In this document: positions 41,070 to 49,162 of the stretch, in pieces | Layout of the letters: every line of letters begins with the position of its first letter | Numbering within the stretch: the stretch's first letter is position 1 | Source of the DNA: Planctomycetota bacterium | Lineage (GTDB): Bacteria > Planctomycetota > UBA1135 | DNA length: 64,000 nucleotides | NCBI GenBank assembly: GCA_045047305.1 | Contig: JASFYO010000004.1 | Location: 16,365-80,364 of the forward strand | Reading direction: 5' to 3' | Position numbers and translations under genes: made by a program | Notes under the pieces: generated by a model | Seen by the model: the letters and a program-made list of their open reading frames with translations, nothing else | Databases searched by the model: none | What the model was told of the DNA's origin: nothing

Positions 41070-41275
41070 GATGTGCTCACCTGGTTTAGCTGCTGAAAAA
41101 CGGCACGAATCACATCAGCGGAAACACTTCCATCGGCGCGGCGGAGTAAATCTTCTAACGCCACGTCTTCCAGTAAACCCTCGGATTTTTTGAAGAGACG
41201 TGCGCGTTCCTGAAAGAGTGCCAGCAAAGCCAAATCGATCTGCTGCATTTGAAAACGAAGAGAGGCTTGGTTCAT
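41066..41275 (-). CDS. Small degenerate AroQ chorismate-mutase-like protein
   Basis: LRFQMQQIDLALLALFQERARL matches AroQ helix 1; ATGA overlaps with trpA and aroF. Confidence 0.6.
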   Translation of the reverse strand: MNQASLRFQMQQIDLALLALFQERARLFKKSEGLLEDVALEDLLRRADGSVSADVIRAVFQQLNQVSTS

Positions 41276-42072
41276 TTCAATCCTTGGATGAGAGCGTGCA
41301 CCATGTTGGCTGCAGCAACTGCACGATTGCCACGTTCCTGTTGTACCGCAAAAAGGTGCCGGACGAGTGCTGTCCCGACAATCGCGAGGTCCGCATGACG
41401 CACCGCATCATGCACATGTTCTGCACTTCCGATTCCAAATCCAACTGCAATCGGAACAGCGCTTAACTCCCGCGTGCGCTGAATGAAGCTTTGGGTTTCT
41501 TCATCAAAGGAAGTCGATACGCCTGTCACCCCAACGCGGCCAACCACATAAAGGAATCCCCTACTTCGACGCCCAGCTTCCTCCACCCGTGCCTCGGGAG
41601 AAGTCGGTGCCGCAAAAAAGATTGGGCAGATATTGGAACTTGCACATGCTCGTTCTACCGGGGCGCCCTCTTCGAGAGGCAAGTCTGGAATGATCAGCCC
41701 GTCGATGCCAGCAGTGGCCATGTCTTGCACGGTTTGGTCGATGCCATGACGCATCAATGGATTGGCGTAACTCATCAGAACAAGCGGCATATCGCCACCG
41801 GCAGCACGAAAGTTTTTCACCATGTCCAATATGCCGCGTAGGTTCGTGCCTGCATCGAGCGACCGTTGCGCTGCAGCTTGCAAGTGCGGGCCGTCGGCAA
41901 TGGGATCAGAAAACGGAACGCCAAGCTCTACGCATGAAGCCCCTGCCGATTCCATCGCTTGTAACTCGTGCAATGTGCTTTCCAATCCACCTTCACCTGC
42001 AGTGAGATAAGGAGCAAGTCCCCGCGTATTGTTATCGCGTAAATGCTGAGTTAGAGAGACCAAGCGATTCAT
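41272..42072 (-). CDS. trpA: Tryptophan synthase alpha chain
   Basis: [27 protein letters not shown]. Confidence 0.95.
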   Translation of the reverse strand: MNRLVSLTQHLRDNNTRGLAPYLTAGEGGLESTLHELQAMESAGASCVELGVPFSDPIADGPHLQAAAQRSLDAGTNLRGILDMVKNFRAAGGDMPLVLMSYANPLMRHGIDQTVQDMATAGIDGLIIPDLPLEEGAPVERACASSNICPIFFAAPTSPEARVEEAGRRSRGFLYVVGRVGVTGVSTSFDEETQSFIQRTRELSAVPIAVGFGIGSAEHVHDAVRHADLAIVGTALVRHLFAVQQERGNRAVAAANMVHALIQGLK

Positions 42073-43865
42073 TGTTCTTCTCCCAGTTGCATCACGCTGT
42101 CCAAATCTTTATCGCCACGCCCTGACAAGTTCACTAAGACACGCTTGCCTTGCAGCGCCTCTCGATTTGCAATCACCCAAGCAATCGCATGGCTAGATTC
42201 CAAGGCAGGAACAATTCCCTCTAGCTGCGACAACCGCATGAATGCATCTAGAGCTTGAGTATCGGTTGCCGATTCGTAACGTGCGCGACCAAGCGCATGC
42301 AACGCAGCATGCTCAGGTCCCACCGCAGCATAATCCAAACCCGCACTCACACTGTGTGTGTGAAGGATTTGCCCGTCTTCATCTTGTAGCAACCAAGTGT
42401 GGCATCCATGTAGAACGCCCGGCACTCCACTCGCAAATCGCGCCGCATGACGCCCGCTTTCAATGCCTTCACCGGCGGCTTCCACTCCCACCAGATCCAC
42501 TTGCTCATGTTCCACGAACCCGCGAAAAATACCAATGGCATTACTTCCACCGCCGACACAGGCCACAACCGTGTCCGGTAAGCCGCCGACTTGCGCTTCG
42601 AATTGAGCCACGGCTTCGCGCCCGATCACTTCTTGAAAACTTGCAACCAGCGCAGGGAAAGGGTGTGGGCCAAGGGCACTGCCAAGTAAATAATGCGCAT
42701 CCGGATCACTAACCCACGCGCGCATGGCTTCATTGATGGCGTCCTTCAATGTTTTTTGGCCGTGCTCGACCACAACCACTTTTGCCCCGAGCAACTCCAT
42801 GCGCAGAACATTTGGACGTTGCCGCTCTGTATCCACTGCGCCCATGTAAATCACGCATTCCAGCCCAAGCTTGGCACAAACGGTTGCGGTAGCAACACCA
42901 TGCTGCCCGGCTCCGGTCTCAGCAAGGATGCGTGTCTTGCCCATGCGGGTTGCAAGCAGTGCCTGGCCAAGTGCATTATTCAACTTGTGTGCACCTGTAT
43001 GAAGCAAGTCCTCGCGTTTCAACCAAACGTCGATACCAAGTTCTTCAGAAAGTCGATTCGCAAACGTTAGTGGCGTTGCACGCCCAGCATAATTGCAAAG
43101 CAAATCATCAAGCTCTTCCTGAAAGGATGGGTCCACACTAGCTTCGCGCCAAGCTTGCTCCAGCTCCAACAAGGATGGCATTAATGTTTCCGGCGCGAAC
43201 TGTCCGCCAAACCCTGCAAAGCTTGGCCCCGCGCGTTCTGCATCCAAAGCGGCATGAGCTGAGGTAATGAATTCCTTCACCATAGTTTGATCCTTGATTC
43301 CAGGTTCTGATTCCAAACGACTACTGGCATCGACCCCAAGCGGGCGCACTTGCTGGACGGCTTCCTCTACCCGAGATGCATCTAATCCTCCGGCGAGCAA
43401 ACACGGACCCAACTTCACCAAAGCCGATGCCATGCCTAAATCCACCACTTCTCCACTCCCGCCTGCGAACCCAGGCTTTTCCAGTACAAAACACCGTGAG
43501 ATGTCGGCCCATAGTTGCATTTGATCGGATGCTGCTGCGTCGACTCCAATCCGTCGAAAAATTGGGTATGGAAAATCTTTCCACTCGGCTGCGATTTCGT
43601 TTCCGCAGAGCTGCACAGCATTTGCACCAGTTTGTTTTACCAGTCGCTCCAACGCTTGTGGCGAAGGATCGACGACCACCAACACCTTCCAGATGTCCTG
43701 CGGCACTGCTGCAAAAACTGCACGCGCTGGTTCGGCATCCAAATGACGCGGCGATGCAGCAACATGCACCACTCCCACCGCATCGGCACCGCAGCGCACT
43801 GCAAAAGCCGCATCCTCTGGAGAATGCAAACCGCATACTTTCACCGAAGGCAAGGCTAACGGCAT
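42069..43865 (-). CDS. trpFB: Fused phosphoribosylanthranilate isomerase - tryptophan synthase beta
   Basis: N-terminal VKVCGL...LAGGL...GVDASS; C-terminal [40 protein letters not shown] in one uninterrupted frame. Confidence 0.93.
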   Translation of the reverse strand: MPLALPSVKVCGLHSPEDAAFAVRCGADAVGVVHVAASPRHLDAEPARAVFAAVPQDIWKVLVVVDPSPQALERLVKQTGANAVQLCGNEIAAEWKDFPYPIFRRIGVDAAASDQMQLWADISRCFVLEKPGFAGGSGEVVDLGMASALVKLGPCLLAGGLDASRVEEAVQQVRPLGVDASSRLESEPGIKDQTMVKEFITSAHAALDAERAGPSFAGFGGQFAPETLMPSLLELEQAWREASVDPSFQEELDDLLCNYAGRATPLTFANRLSEELGIDVWLKREDLLHTGAHKLNNALGQALLATRMGKTRILAETGAGQHGVATATVCAKLGLECVIYMGAVDTERQRPNVLRMELLGAKVVVVEHGQKTLKDAINEAMRAWVSDPDAHYLLGSALGPHPFPALVASFQEVIGREAVAQFEAQVGGLPDTVVACVGGGSNAIGIFRGFVEHEQVDLVGVEAAGEGIESGRHAARFASGVPGVLHGCHTWLLQDEDGQILHTHSVSAGLDYAAVGPEHAALHALGRARYESATDTQALDAFMRLSQLEGIVPALESSHAIAWVIANREALQGKRVLVNLSGRGDKDLDSVMQLGEEQ

Positions 43866-44644
43866 GAGGAGTCCTCAGCTAAACGGGTGGTCCATTGCTG
43901 CAGGCGATTTATCGCTTGCATGAGCGCTGTGCCGACTAAGGCTGCATCGGCGCCGGCATCGCGCACCCGCAGGAGCTGCTCATAATCATGGATCCCGCTT
44001 TCGGCCACACGCACAAAGGCCTCCGGCACCTGCGGCAATAAATCCAAGGTAGTTTGCAGGTCAATCTCAAAGGTGCGTAAATCCCGTGCGTTGACACCGA
44101 TGCAATCAGGATGCGCTGCCAGTGCACGTTCTAATTCCCTTGCATCATGAACTTCACAGAGCACCGCCATATCGAGTTCTTGCGCCATCACGGTCAACTC
44201 TGCTAATGCCTCGCCCTCAAGGCAAACAGCCATCAACAAGATGGCATCGGCACCGGCATTCGCACTCTCTTGCACCATCCACGGAGTGAGAATGAAGTCT
44301 TTGCGTAAGAGTGGAAGTCCTGACCCAGCAGCTCGTAGCAAATGATCGAGACAACCATCGAAGTAGTCTTGCTCAGTAAGTACAGAAATAGCGGAGGCAC
44401 CCTGTTCCGCATAAGACTTGCAGCGCTCCTCCACCGAATCTTGTGTTTCTAGGACTCCAGCAGTTGGCGCTTTGCGTTTGTGCTCTGCAAGGATGGAGAG
44501 ATTGCCGTTGCGTAAGGCCTCTATAAAAGCGGCACGCCCGCCGTTAGGCACTCCAAAAACTTCGGCCTCTGAGTGGCGTCGGGTTTCGGCGCGAGCTTCT
44601 ACCGCATCTAAGATAGGACCAAGTTTAGTTTCAGATAATTTCAT
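43856..44644 (-). CDS. trpC: Indole-3-glycerol phosphate synthase
   Basis: [33 protein letters not shown]. Start set at ATG 44644 (ATGA overlap with trpD). Confidence 0.93.
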   Translation of the reverse strand: MKLSETKLGPILDAVEARAETRRHSEAEVFGVPNGGRAAFIEALRNGNLSILAEHKRKAPTAGVLETQDSVEERCKSYAEQGASAISVLTEQDYFDGCLDHLLRAAGSGLPLLRKDFILTPWMVQESANAGADAILLMAVCLEGEALAELTVMAQELDMAVLCEVHDARELERALAAHPDCIGVNARDLRTFEIDLQTTLDLLPQVPEAFVRVAESGIHDYEQLLRVRDAGADAALVGTALMQAINRLQQWTTRLAEDSSCR

Positions 44645-45666
44645 TTTATCCCTCCGCAAACCGCCTGACTCGTCTCCACTAAGCGCGCAAGCATCCCCTT
44701 TGCCAACCCGGAATCCAAAGCCTCTGCAGCACGTGCGATGCCATCAAGTAAATCATGCGCTACTTCGGCCAAGACTAAAGTGGCAGCGCTATTCAATAAC
44801 ACCACATCGCGGATGGGACCCACTTCTCCCTGAAAAAGATCGTGCAACATCCCGAGATTGGTCGCGGCATCACCGCCGGCTAAAGCTGAATCCGCGACCG
44901 ACATCAATCTGCATGCCGCCGCACTGAGATTGAACTCGGGCGCAGTTCCAAGAGCTTGGACCTGATTCAAGCCACTCAAAGTCAACTCATCGGCACCATC
45001 TGCGCCATGCACAACATAGCCACGCTCGCACCCAAGTGATTCCAGCAGGTATGCGTAATCCTGTAGTCGTCCGGCATCACTAATTCCAAGCAACTGCCGC
45101 TTCACTTTTCCTGGGTGCACTAAGGGACCAACGAAATTGAACAAGGTGCGTCGACCAAGTGAGCGACGCACGGATGCGACATGGCGCATGGAAGGATGGA
45201 AAGCTGGGGCAAAAAGAAATACGACTCCGCAGGTCTCTAAGACCTCTGCGGCTTGGGCGGGATTTAGCTCGAGCTGCACACCCGCAGATTCGAGGAGATC
45301 CGCGCTTCCACACTGAGAGGAAACGCTGCGGTTTCCATGCTTCACCACTTTGGCGCCGGCTGCAGCTGCAACAAAAGCGGTTGCTGTGCTTACATTGAAA
45401 GAGTCCTTGCCATCGCCACCCGTGCCGCAAGTATCTACCGCGCCTTTTGGCATATTCTCAAACGGAATCATGGCTCCGCGCAGGGCCAAGACTGCACCGA
45501 GGATTTCGTCGGCAGTCTCGCCACGATCCGCCAAAGCAACCAACAAATCAGAAAGTTGTTGCTCCGAAAAACCAGGCGTTAACACACCCTCCATCACCGC
45601 TTGCATTTGCGGAGCAGAGAGCATGCCACCCTCACGCACATACTCGGTGGCGGTTTGCAGATTCAT
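44641..45666 (-). CDS. trpD: Anthranilate phosphoribosyltransferase
   Basis: DTCGTGGDG, KHGNRSVSS, GADE. Start set at ATG 45666 (overlap with the trpG stop). Confidence 0.94.
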   Translation of the reverse strand: MNLQTATEYVREGGMLSAPQMQAVMEGVLTPGFSEQQLSDLLVALADRGETADEILGAVLALRGAMIPFENMPKGAVDTCGTGGDGKDSFNVSTATAFVAAAAGAKVVKHGNRSVSSQCGSADLLESAGVQLELNPAQAAEVLETCGVVFLFAPAFHPSMRHVASVRRSLGRRTLFNFVGPLVHPGKVKRQLLGISDAGRLQDYAYLLESLGCERGYVVHGADGADELTLSGLNQVQALGTAPEFNLSAAACRLMSVADSALAGGDAATNLGMLHDLFQGEVGPIRDVVLLNSAATLVLAEVAHDLLDGIARAAEALDSGLAKGMLARLVETSQAVCGGIK

Positions 45667-46250
45667 CGCGACACCACCTCGCCGGCAGTTTGCAGAAACT
45701 TCTCTAAGATGCGATCTCCTTGCGGAGTCAAGATCGATTCGGGGTGAAACTGCACACCAAACCATGGGCGCTCCCGGTGTTGCACTGCCATCACTAATCC
45801 TTCCTCCGTCCAGGCGCACAACTCAAGCTCCGCTGGCAGCTCTTCACGAACGGCACGCAAACTGTGATAGCGCCCGGCCTGAAAAGGATTGGGCAAACCT
45901 TGAAAAAGAGGCGCTTGCTCCAACACATGCACCATCGCTGGTTTTCCATGAGTTGGAATCGGGTCTAGTTCCAACTTACCGCCCAAAGCTTCTACCAATG
46001 CTTGATGACCCAAACATACCCCGAGAAGTGGCATATCTGCCGGGAGAGCCCGAATCAAATCCAAACAAATGCCTGCGCTTTGCGGGCGTCCGGGGCCTGG
46101 GCTCAGGACAATGCCGGATACGCCCTTCGCTAAAACCTCCTCAACGGTAATGCGGTCATTGCGCACGACTTCGACCTGCGCACCGGAAGCTGCCAGAGAT
46201 TGGTAGAGGTTGTAGGTAAAGGAATCGTAGTTATCTAGAAGCAGAATCAT
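45663..46250 (-). CDS. trpG: Anthranilate synthase component II (glutamine amidotransferase)
   Basis: DNYDSFTYNL, SPGPG, GVCLGHQ, RYHSL, QFHPES. Confidence 0.95.
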   Translation of the reverse strand: MILLLDNYDSFTYNLYQSLAASGAQVEVVRNDRITVEEVLAKGVSGIVLSPGPGRPQSAGICLDLIRALPADMPLLGVCLGHQALVEALGGKLELDPIPTHGKPAMVHVLEQAPLFQGLPNPFQAGRYHSLRAVREELPAELELCAWTEEGLVMAVQHRERPWFGVQFHPESILTPQGDRILEKFLQTAGEVVSR

Positions 46251-47686
46251 TTGCTGACCTCCGTTGCCGACGCTTGAGTCAAGGCGTGGGAGCCCGCAAG
46301 GCGCAAGGCCAGGAACAGTGCATCGGCCTTCTCTAAGGTTTCTTGATACTCACGTTCTGGTCGCGAATCAAACACAATACCTGCGCCGGCTTGCACCGAA
46401 ACAGTATCCTCGCGCACGACAAAAGTGCGAATGGTGATGGCCATATCGAGGTTTCCACTCGAATCTAAATAGCCAAAAGCACCGGCATAGGGTCCTCGGG
46501 TTTCAGTTTCAATCGAGGCAATCAATTCCATGGCCCGAATCTTAGGCGCACCACTTACAGTCCCTGCCGGGAAGCTTGCGGCCAACGCGTCCATGGGAGT
46601 TTGATTCGTTGCTAAATCACATTCCACCCGGCTTACCAAATGTTGCACCCGCGCGAACTTTTCTAATGCCATATTCTCCTTTACCTCGACGGTGCCGAAA
46701 CGTGCGATGCGCCCAAGATCATTGCGCGCAAGATCCACCAACATGGCATGCTCTGCCTTCTCCTTCTGGTCCGCCAACAACTCGGCGCCTAGACGATCAT
46801 CCTCTGCTTCATCCTTGCCTCGTGCTCGAGTGCCTGCAATCGGGCGGTTTTCAACTCGGCCTGATTGCACTGAAACTAATCGCTCTGGAGAACTCCCCAC
46901 TAAGGTGATACCAGTTCCTTCAAAGTAAAACATATGCGGTGATGGGTTGGTCAAGCGCAATGCGCGGTACAAAGCAAAAGGGTCGCCTGAAAACTTCTGC
47001 TCGAATCGCTGCGATAATACTGCCTGAAAGATTTCCCCTTCCGCAATCGCGGCCTGCAAGGTAGTGACGCCAGCTTCGAAAGTCTCCCGATCCATGTTCG
47101 AAGTAGGTCCATCCCCTAGCAGTTTGAAACTTTTAACCTCTGGCTGGCTAGACCCGATTTCATCCACCAAAGCCTCCAATAGGCGCATCGATGACTCGAA
47201 ATCGCTAGTTTGCTTACATGCCGTCATCAGGATTAAGCGTTGCGCTGCATGATCGAAGGCTATGACGGTTTCGAATAAATGGAATTCTGCAACTGGCAAA
47301 CCCCAAGGATCTTCCACTGCGCAAGGCACTCGTTCTTCCAAGGTCGACGCCCATTCATAAGGCAAATAGCCAATCCAACCGCCGCGAAATGGTGGAAGAA
47401 AGCTGGGGGCATCGGGCGTGCGGGCACGGTCTGCCAACTCTTGTAACTGGACGTGCGCCGCACCTTCCTCGGCGATGAACTTATCCACGGGGTCCAACGC
47501 AAGAAAGGAGTAGCGTGCAATGCGATCTGGGCCTTCTGCCGATTCCAATAAGCAAACACGGTGTCCGCGTCCGCGCAAGGCAAGGAACAGGCGCACCGGC
47601 GTGTGCAAATCCGAAGGCCGCTCTAACCAAGTTAGGCGGTAGCTTTCGGCGTCGGCAGAAGTGGAAGTTCGAAGGGTGTTATCCAT
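46247..47686 (-). CDS. trpE: Anthranilate synthase component I
   Basis: LLES, NPSP, SSPE, PIAGT, EHAMLVDLARND, FPAGTVSGAPK. Confidence 0.95.
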   Translation of the reverse strand: MDNTLRTSTSADAESYRLTWLERPSDLHTPVRLFLALRGRGHRVCLLESAEGPDRIARYSFLALDPVDKFIAEEGAAHVQLQELADRARTPDAPSFLPPFRGGWIGYLPYEWASTLEERVPCAVEDPWGLPVAEFHLFETVIAFDHAAQRLILMTACKQTSDFESSMRLLEALVDEIGSSQPEVKSFKLLGDGPTSNMDRETFEAGVTTLQAAIAEGEIFQAVLSQRFEQKFSGDPFALYRALRLTNPSPHMFYFEGTGITLVGSSPERLVSVQSGRVENRPIAGTRARGKDEAEDDRLGAELLADQKEKAEHAMLVDLARNDLGRIARFGTVEVKENMALEKFARVQHLVSRVECDLATNQTPMDALAASFPAGTVSGAPKIRAMELIASIETETRGPYAGAFGYLDSSGNLDMAITIRTFVVREDTVSVQAGAGIVFDSRPEREYQETLEKADALFLALRLAGSHALTQASATEVSK

Positions 47687-47695
47687 GGTGGAAAC

Positions 47696-47724
47696 AAAAA
47701 AAAAGGACCTTCCAAAGAAGGTCC
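47696..47724 (-). terminator. trp attenuator intrinsic terminator
   Basis: On the - strand GGACCUUC-UUUG-GAAGGUCC followed by nine U, ending 10 nt before the trpE ATG. Confidence 0.9.
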
Positions 47725-47755
47725 GTTTCAGGTGTGCATCAGGAGGTCAGTGCTA

Positions 47756-47830
47756 TCAGCGAGAAAGCACGGCTCCCAGGAAAACCCCGGACCCGTTCCA
47801 ACTACGCCACTGCCAGCTTTGATGCGTCAT
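47756..47830 (-). CDS. trpL: trp operon leader peptide MTHQSWQWRSWNGSGVFLGAVLSR
   Basis: 24-aa ORF with three TGG codons within six codons, directly upstream of the terminator and trpE. Confidence 0.85.
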   Translation of the reverse strand: MTHQSWQWRSWNGSGVFLGAVLSR

Positions 47831-47836
47831 GCTAGA

Positions 47837-47845
47837 AGTGTAGCA
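47837..47845 (-). promoter_or_regulatory. Extended -10 promoter (TGcTACACT) for the trp leader
   Basis: The hexamer ends 6 nt before the leader ATG. Confidence 0.55.
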
Positions 47846-47879
47846 ATTCTGGTGTGAATCACAAGGAATGCGCTTTTGC

Positions 47880-49031
47880 CTAACCAAACTCGCGTAAAAG
47901 CTTGCCGCTTTCGCCTCCGCGCATTTTCTCCAAAGCAACCCTCTGGATCTGCCGTACACGCTCCAAGGAAATGCCTAGCTTGCGACCGACTTCCGCCAAG
48001 GTGCGAATCCCGATACCGCCAAGGCCAAAGCGCATGCGCACCACTTCTTGCTCGCGCTGGCTCAAACGTTCGATCGCGCCAGCCAAATGCTGAACCATGG
48101 CGCCGGATTCGCCAAACTCTGGGGTCGCCGAGGCATCCTTTGCCTCCATGAGTTCTACCAACTCACTACCCCGCTCGGAATCGACCACGGTATTCAAAGA
48201 AAGAGTAAAACGGTTACGGCTCAAGGTGTTGATGACTAGCTCACGGGCGACGTCCGCCTGCTCTGCGATGGCATCGACATTGTGAAAGCCACCCTCTACC
48301 TTCTCGGCCACGGTGCGGATCTTCTTCATCGCCTTTTGGATGTAAGCAGGAACGCGCACGGTGCGGCTTTGGTTGTAGATGGCATTCAAGAAGGCCTGGT
48401 TCACCCAGTAGGTGGCGTAAGTCTTGAAACGCAGGCCACGGCTGAAGTCGAAGCCCTCGACAGCGCGAAACAGCGATTCGTTGGCCTCCTGCACCAAATC
48501 TTCTTCTGGCACACTCACATGGCGATAACGATGCAATAGGTGAAAGACCAAGTGCAAGTTGCGCTCGACCATTTCATTGCGCGCGGTGACCAATTCCTGA
48601 GTAAGGGCACGGATTTCTTCACGATCTTCCTTACTGGAGGTGTCCGGTGAACAGCCGAAACAATCGGCCTCGTGCCCTGGAGCGCAGCGTAAGCAGCGGG
48701 AATCGGTTACATCTGGATAGCGCGCGATATCTTCTTGGTTGAACCCAGCAACACGACGTGCCTCCTGCAAACGCAGCCACAAAACCTCTAATCCCATTGC
48801 GAAAGAAAGCTCGGTAGGCCGGTCCATGATCGGGACCTTCGAAACTTCTCGTTGGAAATCCGCTAAACGCCCGCGAAAATCTCCCTTTGATTCTCCGCGT
48901 TCGAAATCGAAAGTAACCCGCGCTTTAGCCGCGCCCATCTCTTCTAAAAGAAACTTTGCATCGGCCTCAAAGGTCTCCATGTGGAGTCCTCCGGTAAGGG
49001 CAGAAAAGGCAATCGTGTGTTCCATGTTCAT
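47880..49031 (-). CDS. Sigma70-family (RpoD/SigA-like, probably alternative) sigma factor with a CxxC-x7-CxxC insert
   Basis: Region 2 NLHLV...DLVQEAN...FDFSRGLRFKTYATYWV...RTVRVP; region 4 TLAEVG...SLERVRQIQ; insert CLRCAPGHEADCFGC. Confidence 0.88.
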   Translation of the reverse strand: MNMEHTIAFSALTGGLHMETFEADAKFLLEEMGAAKARVTFDFERGESKGDFRGRLADFQREVSKVPIMDRPTELSFAMGLEVLWLRLQEARRVAGFNQEDIARYPDVTDSRCLRCAPGHEADCFGCSPDTSSKEDREEIRALTQELVTARNEMVERNLHLVFHLLHRYRHVSVPEEDLVQEANESLFRAVEGFDFSRGLRFKTYATYWVNQAFLNAIYNQSRTVRVPAYIQKAMKKIRTVAEKVEGGFHNVDAIAEQADVARELVINTLSRNRFTLSLNTVVDSERGSELVELMEAKDASATPEFGESGAMVQHLAGAIERLSQREQEVVRMRFGLGGIGIRTLAEVGRKLGISLERVRQIQRVALEKMRGGESGKLLREFG

Positions 49032-49070
49032 GGCTTCGGGATTGCTTACGCTCTGTGACGAGAAATATTA

Positions 49071-49085
49071 GCACTAAATTAGTGC
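49071..49085. promoter_or_regulatory. Palindrome upstream of the sigma factor gene
   Basis: GCACTA-AAT-TAGTGC, just downstream of a candidate - strand -10 (GATAAT, 49089-49094). Confidence 0.4.
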
Positions 49086-49162
49086 GCTATTATCAGCTCT
49101 CCCGCTTGCAGAGGTAGGACAGCCCCAAATATAGGTTTATTCCGCCGAGTTTTACATACTCC

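Noticed and set aside
47756..47959. 67-aa ORF from the track upstream of trpE
   Set aside because: Its 5' part overlaps the sigma gene; only the last 24 codons from ATG 47830 fit a leader peptide.
49068..49088. CIRCE-like element (TTAGCACT...) upstream of the sigma factor
   Set aside because: CIRCE is TTAGCACTC-N9-GAGTGCTAA. Here the spacer is 3 nt and the right arm diverges, so it is kept only as a generic palindrome.
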